From positions 165,187,050-165,251,049 of the forward strand of contig NC_052151.1 of NCBI RefSeq assembly GCF_902713615.1: a stretch of 64,000 nt of DNA, written 5' to 3'. This document shows positions 24,845 to 37,600 of this stretch, in pieces. The stretch is from Scyliorhinus canicula (taxonomy: Eukaryota). The position numbers and the translations under genes were made by a program. How positions within the stretch are numbered: the stretch's first letter is position 1; each line of letters starts with the position of its first letter. The notes beneath the pieces were generated by a model. It was not told the DNA's origin, did not search any database, and worked only from the letters and a program-made list of their open reading frames with translations.

Positions 24845-27521
24845 CAACACAGGACTGAGGGCGTTGTACCTAAATGCACACAGTATACAAAACAAGGTAA
24901 ATGAGCTTGTAGTACACATTGCTGGGTACGATGTTGTGGGCATCACAGAGATGTGGCAGCCAGGGGATCAGGGCTGGGATCTAAACACCCAAGATGGGCA
25001 GAGGGGGTGGGATTGCCTTGCTAGTAAGGAATAAAGTTAAATTGATAGCAAGAAGCGATATAGGGTCAGAAGGTATAGAATCTGTTTGGGTAGAGTTGAG
25101 GAGGAATCGCAAAGGTAAAAAGACCCTGATGGGATTTATGTAGCAGTAGTCAGGATTTGGGGCAGAAAATAAATCAGGAGATAGAAAAGATATATAAGAA
25201 AGACAATATTACAATGATCATGCGGGACTTCAATATGCAGGTGGACTGGGAAAATCAGGTTGGTAGCAGATCCCAAGAAAAGGAATGTGTGGAATGTCTA
25301 CGAGATGGATTTTAGGAGCAGCTTGTGGTAGAGCCCACTAGGGAACAAGCAATTCTAGATTTGGTGATGTGTAATGAGGCAGACTAGATTAGAAAACTTA
25401 AGGTGGAGGAACCCTTAGAGGGTAGTGACCCAGTATGATAGAATTTACCTTACAGTTTGAGAAGGAGATGCTGGAATCAGATGTAACAGTATTGCAATTG
25501 AGTAAAGGTCACTACAAAGACACGAGGGAGGAGCTGGCCATAGTTGATTGGAAAGGGAGCCCTGCAGGGAAGACAGTGGAACAGCAATGGCAGGAGTTCT
25601 TGGGGGTTATTAGGGAGGCATAACAGAAATTCATTCGAAGGAGGAGGAAACATGCCGAGGGGAGGACAAAGCATCTGTGGCAGAGAAGGGAAGTCAGTGA
25701 TAGCATAAAAGCAAAAGAAAAAGCATACAATATGGCGTGGATTAGAGGGCGACTGAAAAAGCAATAAGGGGGGAAAGATGAAATATGAGTGTAAGCTAGC
25801 TCGTAACATGAAAGAAGATTGCAAGTGTTTTATTGATATTTAAAAGGTAAGTGAGAGGCAAGAATGGATATTAAACCACAGGAAAATGAGGCTGGAGACG
25901 TAGTAATGGTGAACAAAGAAATGGTAGAGAAACTTTATACGGAAGAAAACAGTGGCATAACAGAGCTTCGAGAGAGTCAGGGGGCAGAGGTGAGTGTAGT
26001 GACCATCACTAAGGAGAAGGTGCTCGGAAAACTGAAAGGTCTGAAGGTGGATAAATCTCCCGGGCTGGATGGACTACACCCCAGAGTTCTGAAGGAGAGA
26101 GCTGGGGAGATTGTGGAGGCATTGGTGATGATCTTTCAGGAATCATTGGTGGCAGGGAGGGTCCAGAGAACTGGAAAATGGCTAATATGACCCCTATTTA
26201 AGAAGAGAGGAGGCAGAAGATGGGAAATTATAGGCCGGTTAGCCTGGCTTCAGTCTTTGGTAAGATTTTAGAGTCCGTTATTAAGGATGAGATTGAGGAA
26301 TACTTGGAAGTAAGTGTTAAAATAGGGCTGAGTCAGCACGGCTTCGTCACGGGGAGGTCATGTCTGACAAATGTGTTGGAATTCTTTGAGGAGGTAACAG
26401 GAAAATTCGACAAAGGAGAGCCAGTGAACGTGATCTATTTGGATTTCCAGAAGGCCTTTGACAAGGTGCCATACAGGAGGCTGATAAATAAGATAAGAGC
26501 CCAAGTTGTTAGGGGCCATGTACTGGCATGGTTAGAGGATTGGCTGACTGGCAGAGAGTGCGGATAAAGGGGTATTTTTCAGGATGGCAGCCATGGTGTT
26601 GGGACCACAATTATTCATGATATACATTAACCATCTGGAAGAAGGAACTGAGGGCATTCTTGCTAAGTTTGCAGATGAAACAAGTTGAAGGAATGGGGAG
26701 GCTGCAGAAGGACTTGGATAGGCTAGGAGAGCGGGCAAAGAAGTGACAGAGGTGGGAAAGTGTGAGGTTATACACTTTGGTAGGAAGTGTAGAGGCATAG
26801 ACTATTTTCTCGATGGGGATGGATTTTGGGAATCTGAAGCACAAAACGACTGAGGCGTCTTAGTTTAAGATTCTCTTAAGGTTAACATGCAGGTTCAATT
26901 GGCAGTTAGGAAGGCAAATGCAATGTTATTTTGCGAGGACTAGGATACAAGAGCAGGGAATGTACTGCTGAGGATGTGTAAGGCTCTGATCAGACTCAAT
27001 TTGGAATATTGTGAGCAGCTTTGGATCCCGTATCTAAGGAAGGATGTGCTGAACTTGGAGTAGGTCCAGAGGAGGTTCACAAGAATGATCCTGGGAATGA
27101 AGATCTTGTCATATGAGGAGCAGTTGAGCACTCAATGGGGTTTAGAAAGATATGGGGGGGGGGGGAATCGTATTGAAACATACGGAATACTGAGAGGCCT
27201 AGATAGAGTGGACATGGAGACGATGTTTCCACTAGTAGGAGAGACTAGAATCCGAGGGTATAGCCTCAGACTGAAGGGGCAGTGGAAGAATTTCTCCAGC
27301 TAGAGGGTGGTAAAACAGTGGAACCTGTTGCCCGCAGAAGGCTGTGGAGTCCAAATCACTGAGTGTCTTTAAGACAGAGATAGATAGGTTCTTGATTAAT
27401 AAGGGGATCAGGGGTTAGGGGAGAAGGCAGGAGAATGGGGATGAGAAACATATCAGATTGAATGGCAGAGCAGACTCGATGGGCCGAATATCCTAATTCT
27501 ACTCCTGTATCATATGGTCTT
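24845..27521 (+). mobile_element. CR1 LINE, near-complete but degraded ORF2 (endonuclease + RT) and 3' end
   Basis: LYLNAHSIQNK, KSPGLDGLHPRVLKE, NYRPVSLAS, QHGFVTGRSCLTN, YLDFQKAFDKVP; many stops. Confidence 0.9.
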
Positions 27522-27861
27522 TATTTCAAGGGGGAAGGTAAATATTGGCTACTGATCCACTTTATTATGGGATTTGTCTGTTAAATAGCACTGAAGATGC
27601 TGCAAGCTTTAATCAGAAGGTCTGCACCTTTGGAGAGTGGGGGTGACATTGATGTATCTAATAAGACATTCTGAAATGTAGCTTTTAAAGCACAAGAAGT
27701 GGGCCACTGACTGAGATGATTTAAACCTAATCTCAGCTCAACAGAAAGTGACACATTTAATCTGCATATTGAGAATTGTCACCCAGCAGAAAGAAACTTG
27801 TAACACTGATGAATTTTAGGAGCATACTACTTGCTTAGCCCACTTCATCCAGGTAAGATAG

Positions 27862-29710
27862 ATTGGATTGGATTGGATTTGTTTATTGTCACATGTACCG
27901 AGGTACAGTGAAAAGTATTTTTCTGCAAGCAGCTCAACAGATCATTCAGTACATGGAAGAAAAGGGAATTAAACAAACTTCAAGAAAATACATGAGAATG
28001 CATAATAGGGCAACACAAGATATACAATGTAACTACATAAGCATTGGCATCGGTTGAAGCATACAGGGTGTAGTGTTAATGAGGTCAGTCAATAAGAGGG
28101 TCATTTAGGAGTCTGGTGACAGTGGGGAAGAAGCTGTTTTGGAGTCTGTTCGTGCGTGTTCTCAGACTTCTGAATCTCCTGCCCGATGGAAGAAGTTGGA
28201 AAAGTGAATAAGCCGGGTGGGAGGGATCCTTGATTATGCTGCCCGCTTTCCCCCGGCAGCGGGAGGTGTAGATGGAATCAATGGATGGGAGGCAGGTTCG
28301 TGTGATGGACTGGGCGGTATTCACGACTCTCTGAAGTTCCTTGCGGTCCTGGGCCGAGCAGTTGCCATACCAGGCTGTGATGCAGCCCGATAGGATGCTT
28401 TCTATAGTGCATATGTAAAAGTTGGTAAGGGTTAATGTGGACATGCCGAATTTCCTTAGTTTCCTGAGGAAGTATAGGCGCTGTTGTGCTTTCTTGGTGA
28501 TAGCGTCGACGTGAGTGGACCAGGATAGATTTTTGGTGATGTGCACCCCTAGGAATTTGAAACTGCTAACCATCTCCACCTCGGCTCCGTTGATGCTGAC
28601 AGGGGTGTGTACAGTACTTTGCTTCCTGAAGTCAATGACCAGCTCGTTAGTTTTGCTGGCATTGAGGGAGAGATTGTTGTTGTTACACCACTCCACTAGG
28701 TTCTCTATCTCCCTCCTGTATTCGGACTCGTCGTTATTCGAGATCCGGCCCACTATGGTCGTATCGTTAGCAAACTTGTAGATGGAGTTGGAACCAAGTT
28801 TTGCCACGCAGTCGTGTGTGTACAGGGAGTAGAGTAGGGGGCTAAGTACACAGCCTTGCGGGGCACCGGTATTGAGGACTATTGTGGAGGAGGTGTTGGT
28901 GTTCATTCTTACTGACTGTGGTCTGTTGGTCAGAAAGTCAAGGATCCAGTTGCAGAGTGGAGAGCCAAGTCCTAGGTTTTGGAGCTTTGATATGAGCTTG
29001 GCTGGGATTATGGTGTTGAAGGCGGAGCTGTAGTCAATAAATAGGAGTCTGATGTAGGAGTCCTTGTTTTCGAGATGCTCTAGGGATGAGTGTAGGGCCA
29101 GAGAAATGGCGTCTGATGTGGACCGGTTGCGACGGTATGCGAATTGAAGTGGGTCAAGGCGTTCCGGGAGTATGGAGGTGATGCGCTTCATGATCAGCCT
29201 CTCGAAGCATTGCATTACAACTGACGTCAGGGCCACCGGGCTGGAGTCATTGAGGCATGTTGCCTGGTTCTGTATGATGGTGGTCTTCTTGAAGCAGGTG
29301 GGGACCTCGGAGTGGAGTAGGGATAGGTTAAAGATGTCTGTGAATACCTCTGCCAGCTGGTATGTGCAGGCTCTGAGTGCACGACCAGGGATCCCGTCCG
29401 GGCCCATCGCCTTCCATGGGTTCACTTTCAGGAAGGCCGATCTGACTTCGGAAACTGTGATGGTGGCTATGGGTGAATTATGGGCTGCTGGGGCACTCGA
29501 CAGCGGATTGTTGGTTACCTGCTCAAACCGAGCATAGAATGCATTAAGTTCATCGGGGAGGGGTGCGCTGCTGCCAGAGATACTGCTCGGCTTCGCTTTG
29601 TAGCCCGTTATGTTGTTTAGTCCTTGCCACAACCGCCGAGAGTCTGTCTGTGACTCTAGCTTAGTTTGATATTCTCTCTTGGCATCTCGGATGGCTTTGC
29701 GGAGGTCGTA
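27862..29710 (-). mobile_element. Rex1/Babar-clade LINE, 5'-truncated
   Basis: Uninterrupted frame 28085..29812 with LQFAYRRNRST, DYSSAFNT, GAPQGCVLSPLLYSLYTHDC, KAQQRLYFLRKL; short (ccaat)n 3' tail. Confidence 0.88.
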
Positions 29711-30057
29711 CACAATGCAAGGTGAGAAACTGGGGCCACCATTGAGAGGAGCAGGTCTGTGTAAGGAAATCCATAGGATTTCTAGCAGTGGCTGGTATTG
29801 CGGGATAGACAAACCTGATTTAAAAAAAATATATATTTATTGAGTAAGTGTACCTCATCGCTTTTTTCTTTTGTAGAGTTCCCTCAGCATCTCAGTCTCA
29901 AAACCAACTACCCTCCTCCTAGTAGAATATTCCTGTACCAACTTGTTAATATGGCCAAAAATAGAAGCAGTGCTTAATGTGGTGCCTGTGATCGACTGGA
30001 GAATGACTCTTGCAGGCAATGGAAATGTTAAAACTCATCCAATAAATGGCAGCTCAA

Positions 30058-30302
30058 GGGCAGCCCGGTGGCGCAGTGGGTTAGCCCTGTTGCCTCACGG
30101 CGCCGAGGTCCCAGGTTCGATCCCGGCTCTGGGTCACTGCCCATGTGGAGTTTGCACGTTCTCCCCGTGTTTGCGTGGGTTTCACCCCCACAACTCAAAA
30201 AGATGTGCAGGGTAGGTGGATTGGCCACGCTAAATTGCCTCCTAATTGGAAAAAATGAATTGGGAACTCTAAATTTTTATATTTTTTTAAAATAAATAAA
30301 TA
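30058..30302 (+). mobile_element. HE1-like V-SINE, short AT-tailed form
   Basis: Head and V-domain; perfect 16-bp TSD aataaatggcagctca (30041-30056 and 30303-30318). Confidence 0.92.
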
Positions 30303-30744
30303 AATAAATGGCAGCTCATCTGACAAAGGAGGTGAGACACATTGCAGGGATAGTGTTTCCTTCGTGACACAGTTTGCAGCTGACCCACAAGTTATTAATA
30401 TTAATACTTGGTGCTGAGAAATGGGATTTACTTTGCTCCTTGCAAATCAGGCAAACAAAATATCTCTGCTGCTATAATTCCTGTAGAGCTAATCTCTCAC
30501 TTAATGAAGTTGAAAAAACTGTCATAACTTTCTTGAGAAGCGAAAAGAAATGGCAATCCTAGAAACCCACAACTTTTTCAGCTTTAAATTTAACCCTTTG
30601 GCAATGAAAATTTCAATGAGAGAAGTCTAATTTTTCCAGAAGTCAGATAGGTTACTCACTACTGCATGTGCAGAGGCACTAACATGGAGCACCCATAGAC
30701 AAACCCTCTGTCAAATCAATCCAGAATCTGGTGAGTTACAGGAT

Positions 30745-31090
30745 TTAGGAGCAGGAGTGGGCCATTCAGCCCTTCAAGCTGCTCTGCCATTCGATAGGAT
30801 CATAGCCAATCTGGCTGTGATTTCAACTCTACTTTTCTGTCTGCCCCCACCCCCCCCATGACCCTTGACTCTCTTGGCTATCAGTAATCTATCCAACTCT
30901 GCCTTGAATAAATTCAATGACCCAGCCTCCACTGCTCTCCGGGGAAGAGAATGATCCACTGAGAGAAAAAGATTTCTCCTCATCTCCATCTTATTCTTGA
31001 AGTGTGTCCCCGGGTTCTATTTTCTCCTACAAGTGGAAACACTGTTCCAGTATCTATCCCATCAAATTTCCACAGGGTCTTGTGTCTTAT
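30745..31090 (-). mobile_element. CR1 3' fragment immediately upstream of the exon at 31129
   Basis: AVEAGSLNLFKAELDRLL-type CR1 C-terminus plus typical 3' UTR. Confidence 0.7.
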
Positions 31091-31128
31091 AACATCACTC
31101 ACCTATATTTGCACGTTTTGTTCTTCAG

Positions 31129-31244
31129 ATCACGGATTTGGGTGTCTGGATGAAGAAGAAGAACTGAATCTCTTTATCGATGTTGACTGCAAGCATCCAG
31201 AGCCAGTAATGACACCCATGCCCGAGGGTTTGACACAGCAGCAG
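31129..31244 (+). CDS. ARHGEF10: ARHGEF10 coding exon (DHGFGCLDEEEELNLFIDVDCKHPEPVMTPMPEGLTQQQ)
   Basis: ttcttcag| acceptor and |gtacat donor; 116 nt, completes the GAT codon from the previous exon. NLFIDVDCKHPE distinguishes ARHGEF10 from ARHGEF10L. Confidence 0.94.
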
Positions 31245-32504
31245 GTACATGTTTGTGATCTTGGGTGATTTCCCAGGATAAACTCTAAGCACCAGCATGT
31301 AAAGAAAATAACAGCATGTAGGAAGTGCATCGTAAGTTCACCTTGTGGGGCATAGTTGCCAAGCTTTGTGTTAGTGATCTGTGATTGACTGAATAAATTA
31401 AGGTGCTGATAGCACCCTGCAGAATGAAGCAGATTTTCTTGCTGTGCTCCTCTGCTTTATGTTAAAGCACAAAATGTCTGTGTACAGTGCAGCCAGTTGA
31501 GGCCCATTTCGATCCTAACGCATTAAAAAATACTCAAAAGTTCGAAATCATTCACAGGAAAAAGAGGAAAATGGAAGGAGAAAGTTAGAAGGGTAGCCAA
31601 ATGAAAATATTTTGTTTGTTTGGGGAAAGAAAGAAATTTTAATATTATATAGTTTTTTTATTTAAACTTATTGATTTTTAAAATCCTTTTCCTTCTGGAC
31701 ATGAACTTTTTTCGAAAGTCCTTTTATTGATTTGTAAACATTCAGAGCCATGTAGCCTCAGGTGTTGCATTGAAATTTAGGTATGTAAGCAGTTCTGCAA
31801 TGTCCTCACTATCCACCTGTAATGTCTTGTCAACTTCAATAGAAGACTTAGATAAATCATACCTATGACAGGTAATTTCTTGCGTTCTCTGCCCAAAGGC
31901 AGATCTAACCCATTACATTACGACTTCCACCGTGACTAGGGCAAGGAGGCAGTTCCTGATTTCTCCCCAGTCAGAACAGGGATCGAACCCTGTACTCAGC
32001 ACCAAAATGACCATCCAGCCCTCAGAGGTGACTAAGTTGCTGTGACAACATACGCTTACACATGCATGTTGTGGTCTGAAAGTATGGATAGCAATGGCCG
32101 AGGCTCCAGTTTCTTTCTATCATATGGTGACCAGGAAAATCTCCTGCTCTTACCACCTGCCATTAGCATTAGTTGGAAGGATTCAAAGTTGATACTCAAC
32201 TTGTTTGGCCACGTTATGAGTGCACCATCCTTGACCATCAAGTCCTGGAGTGGAACCTGAACCCAGGGCTTCTGGTTCAGAGGCAGGGATGCTACCCACC
32301 ATGGCATAAGACCTCAGAAAGGTAACTTAACGTTCTCTGTTTTAAGAATTAACTTTTGAAATTGAAACCACCTGTTGTTTGAAATTTCTGAATTTACTGC
32401 CAATTGGTGTCTCATGAGTGATCCAGTCATTGCTTCAGAGCTCCACCATTTGCATTTGTTTTTAGATCTAAGTTTTTTCCTAGTGTTGAACTGGGCTGGG
32501 TCTT

Positions 32505-32696
32505 GGGCTGGATTCTCCGGCATCCCGGCCACGTGCTTCTCCACCACGAGCCGTTTGCTGGCAGCGGGATTCTGTCTTCCCGCTGCTTGTCAATGGGTTT
32601 TCCCATTGGAGTCAACCCACGCCGCTGGGAAACCCGTGGGCGGGGGTGCGCTGCCAGTGGGAAAAGTGAAGCGCAGCATCCGTAGAATTCCGGCCC
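32505..32696. mobile_element. ~190-bp Harbinger-like MITE
   Basis: Termini gggctggattctcc...gaattccggccc; internal caatgggttttcccattg palindrome. Confidence 0.75.
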
Positions 32697-32808
32697 TTGT
32701 TGGTGGGCGAGTTTAACCTTTTAGAACAGTTCAATTATTATGATAATTCCATTTGTGTTACAAAATTAGAATGCAAGTCTACAATGAATTACATTCTTTA
32801 GTAATGTT

Positions 32809-33116
32809 GGGCAGCACGGTAGCACAAGTGATTAGCACTGTGGCTTCACAGCGCCAGGGTCCCAGGTTTGATCCGCCGCTGGGTCAATGTCTGTGCGGAG
32901 CCTGCACGTTCTCCCTGTATCTGCGTGGGTTTCCTCCGGGTGCTCCGGTTTCCTCCCACAGTCCAAAGATGTGCAGATTAGGTGGATTGGCCATGATAAA
33001 TTGCCTTTAGTGTGACCAAAAAAGGTAAGGAGGGGTTATTGGGTTACGGGGTGAGGGCTTAAGTGGGTCAGTGCAAACTTGATGGGCTGAATGGCCTCCT
33101 GCACTGTATGTTCTAT
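32809..33116 (+). mobile_element. HE1 V-SINE with CR1-type tail
   Basis: tRNA head, V-domain and tail gatgggctgaatggcctcctgcactgtatgttct. Confidence 0.88.
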
Positions 33117-33166
33117 AAATCCATTTAGTAAATTCTGTATAACTTGAGAGTTTATTTTTGAAACAG

Positions 33167-33244
33167 GTTGTCCGACGATATATTCTTGGTTCAGTTGTTG
33201 AAAGTGAGAAGAATTACATGGATGCATTAAAGCGAATTCTGGAG
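33167..33244 (+). CDS. ARHGEF10: ARHGEF10 coding exon, start of DH domain (VVRRYILGSVVESEKNYMDALKRILE)
   Basis: aaacag| acceptor and |gtaagt donor; 78 nt, phase 0-0; DH conserved region 1 (SEKNY). Confidence 0.95.
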
Positions 33245-33289
33245 GTAAGTTGGAGCACAAAGAAAACTCAGTTCCCCCTGTTGGGTTTT

Positions 33290-34698
33290 GTTTCTGTTAG
33301 GTAATTCAACGAACTTTCTTGAACTAAGGGCCAGGATTCTCTCTTCTGGGGACTAAGTCCCCACGCCGGCGGGAAAACCAGCGCCAACCACTCCAGCGTC
33401 AACAGCCCCGAAAGTAAGGAACTCTCTGCAGCCGGCGCCGAAGGTCCGGCACGATCCGCACATGTGCGGAACAGCCAGCATGATCTTGCGCATGCGCAGA
33501 ACGGCTGGCTTATTTCCGCACATGTGCAGACCGGCTTGCGTATTTACGCGCATGCGCCGGGGGGTTCTCTTCTCCGCGCCGGCCCCCGGGCAATATGGCA
33601 GAGTCCTACAGGCGTCCAGCGCAGAGCAAATAAGTCCCCCCATGGAACAAGCCTGCCCGTAGATCGGTAGGCTCTGATCGCGGGCCAGGCCACCGTGGGC
33701 ACCATGACAACCCCAATTTTGTTCCCTCTTAAAACATATGCATTTTTAAACCTTTTGGAGCCTCTCAGCTATCTGTTTTTCACAATACTTTTGTGCTACC
33801 AAACTTGAACCTAGGAATGATTATGAAGCAGTGTTCTCAAAAATATGGGATGAGTCGGCAAGAGTCATTTCAAAAGCCTCCGAGTATCTGGCTAATATTA
33901 CTGCTTGAAAATTACTTACATGTATCTTCGCAATGTTTCAAACAATATGCATCGTGAGAGGCTTGGGAGTGGATTATCACAATTTACACACTGACTTCTG
34001 TCAGTGATTCTGGTTATGACAAATAAAAATGGGGAAGCTACCCTCTTGAAAGGGGTGCCTACCCCCTAAAGGAACCCTGTCCTTCCTGCCTTTTAACCTG
34101 AGCAGGCTGGCTTACTTCATTCCATCTTCCCCAGCCATACTTATATTGCTGCAGAGGCAAAAACAAGCCCTGAAGTGCGATGACTGTAGGGTTTTGGCCA
34201 ATCCCGCCGGCGTGAATTACTCACCTCACACATGGCGGGACCTGGCAGGTAAGTGTGCGGGTCGGTCCTCGGGGTGGCGCGGGGGGGAACCCCACGGTGG
34301 CCTGGCCCGCGATTGCGGCCTACCGATCTGTGGGCAGTCTTGCTCCATGGGGGGACTTATTTCCTCTGCGCTGGGCCCCTGTAGGACTCCGCCATACTGC
34401 CCGGGGGCCAGCGCGGAGATGAGAACCCCCCACGCATGCGTGGAAATACGCCAGCCGTTCTGCGCATGCGCGAGATCACGCCGGCTGTTCCGCGCATGTG
34501 AAGATCGTGTCGGACCTTCGGCGCCGGCTGGAGCGGCGCCAACCCCTCCGGCGTCCGCCTAGCCCCCGAAAGTTACTTTCGGGGTTGTTGACGCTGGTGT
34601 GGTTGGCGCCGGTTTTCCCACCGGCATGGGGACTTAGTCCACAGAAGGGAGAATCCCGGCCCTTTAGTTCAAGAAAGTTGGTTGAATTACAACAGAAA
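33290..34698. repeat. Inverted duplication; arms ~33290-33700 and ~34290-34698
   Basis: Arms are reverse complements (about 90% identical by eye over the first ~130 bp) and include a MITE end plus ~40 bp of Gypsy flank. Confidence 0.85.
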
Positions 34699-37600
34699 GC
34701 TTCAGACTTAAAGCAGTTGTATTAGAAAGTGTATATGGAAATAGAATCTCAGTGTATACCAGAGTGCTATTAGATTAGAAATAATGTATTAATGAGAAAA
34801 TGTAGACCATTGCATATTTAAGCAGATGAGAAATGGGCAGAAGTTGATCAGATGGTATTACAGAAAGGAGGTTTTGCGGGTAGAGCAGTAGAAGGTTATT
34901 TAGCAGTAAGGAAAACTTGAGCAAAAATACAAAAACATTTTTATTGGCCTGGACTGCATATGGATGTTGTGGAATTTTGCTGTACATGTCACACATGCCC
35001 GGTAATCGGAAAACCTCAAGCAGTAATCGAACCAGCACCTTCAACACACATTCCAGAATTTGAAGAACCTTTAACTGGGGTCTTAATTGATTGTGTCAGA
35101 CTCCTGCCTCAAACAACTAGTGGGAAGCTGTATTTGTTGACCATAATGGATGTGTCTTCTAGATTTCCGGAGGCCATTCCATTGAACGAACATTACAGCT
35201 AAGAGGGTTGTAGAGGAGTTAACTAAAAACTTTATTAGATATGGACTACGATCAGATCAGGGATCCAATTTTATGTCGAAGTTATTCAAGGAAGTTATAG
35301 ATAGCTTCAGAATAAAACAAATTTAACTCAACTGCGTACCATCCATAATCACAAGGCAGGTTAGAAAAATGGCCATAAAATTTTAAAGACCATGCGGAGG
35401 GCCTATAGTCAGGATTATCCAGCTGATTAGGATAAAAGAATTCCATTTGTGCTATTTGCAATTATGGATGCACCTAATAAATCAACTAAATTCACTCTCT
35501 TCAAATAGATTTTTGGTCATGAGATAAGAGGACCACTTAAACGGATCAAAGAGAAATTTGTGAGTCGGTGTTCGGAGACTATGTTGTTGGACTATGTGTC
35601 AAACTTTAGGGAGAGATTAACTAGGGCTCTGGAAGTTGGCTAGGATACATTTAAAATTGTCACACGTGATGAAAAAAGAGACTGACAAGAATTCAAAAGT
35701 TTGTAGTTTTGTTAGTGGGGAGAAAGTATTGTTACCAATGGAGGGTGAACCATTAAAATCACAATTCAGTGGACCTTATAAAATGAAAGGAAATTGAGTG
35801 AGGTGAATTATTTCACCAGATAGAAAGAAATCTCAGAGTGTGCCATGTTAATATGCACAAAAGTTATTTTGATAGAGAAGGAAAAAAGGTGTTAGTCGTT
35901 GTAACTCGGGGGAAGAGACAAATCCAGATGATTCTGAATTTGACATTCCTCAAATTAGATTGGACAATGAAGAAGTAATAAGACATTGGGATAAATTACT
36001 GAGATACCTTCCAGAGGAAATTCAAAGTAATCTAAAGAGTTATTGCAGTAACATAGAGCTGTATGTGGGAATAGATTGGGATGTACAAAAGTAATTATCC
36101 ATGATGTAGATGTCAGAAATGCTATTCCCATTAAACAACATCAATGCAGGTTCAATCCACTAAAATTATCACAGGTACAAAAAGGATTGTCAGCATGCTT
36201 AAGAATGAGATCATCAAAGCGAGCTGCAGTGATTGGAGCTCACCTGGTGTGATGATACCAAAACCGGATGGAACACAACGATTGTGTGTGGACGATAGAA
36301 AAGTCAACGCAGTTACAAAGTCAGATTCATGTACTATTTCTCGTTTAGAAGACTGTGTTGAAAAGGTGGGACAAGCGAGTTTTATTACCAAACTTGATTT
36401 ATCAGACATGGTGAAGGGAGTTTTGGCTTTTGTGACCCCAAATGTTTTGTATCAGTTTTAAGTCATGCCATTTGGAATAAAGAACCCACCAGCAACATCC
36501 CAATGATTAACCAACAAGGTCATTCCTGGACTAAACAATTGTGCAGTTAACATTGATGATTTGGTGGAGTTCAGTCAAACGTGGAAGCAGCATTTAGAAC
36601 ATTTAAAGGAATTATTTGATCGACTACAGGAGGCTGGATTGGTGGTAAAGTTGACTAAAATTGAATTTGCGAAAGCTCAAGTCACGTTCTTAGGCCATAC
36701 AATTGGACATGATCAGACGGTCTCCATTGAATGTGAAAACAAAAGCTATTGGAGAGTTTCCAATAGCATCAACAAGGAGAGAAGTTTGGAGATTTCTGGA
36801 CATGAATGATTGCTCTCAGAAATGCATGCCAAATTTCAGCAGTGTGATTGCTCCAATGAGAAAACTTCAGGAAAAGCACAGGAAGCTTCAGTGGATGTCG
36901 GAATGTCAGGAGGCATTTAATCATCTGAAGACTGTGTTAACCACCACACCAGTTTTGATGACATCTAATTATGTCAAGCAATTTAAGGTGGCAATTAATA
37001 AGAGTGATATGGGCATTGGTGCTGTACTGCTGCAGGAAGATGGTGATGGAATTGAAAAGCCGGTTGGTTATTTTTCTTAAACTAAATATTCATCAAAAGA
37101 AATATTCAACCATCACGAAGGAGACATTAAGTTTAGTTTGGCGTTATAACATTTTGACATTTATATTGTGAACAGTTCATTGCAGACCCTTATATATACA
37201 ATCCATAATCCATTAATGTTTTTGGAAAAGTTTAATGATCGAAATGCAAGACTGTTCAGATAGAATTTATTGCTTACGACCATTTAACTTAAAAATCAAA
37301 CGTACAGCAGGAAGAGAAAAAGTGATTGTTGATGCTTTATCGTGATTTTGAAGTGTGAGAAGATTGGAATATTCAAAGGTGGAAAAGAAAGATTGGAATG
37401 GGCTATACTCATTTTTACGTTTGCCTTTTTGAAATATTAAACGATGTATAACTTATCGAGTTTAATAGTGAGAAATGTTTAGCGTTGAATGGCTTTGAAA
37501 GATGAAGCCATCTTTTCATATTGCTCGTTCATTTTTTCTAAAGGGGGAGGTGTGATGAATGTTGGAATTTCCGATGTATTGTATTATAGGTATTTGGTGC

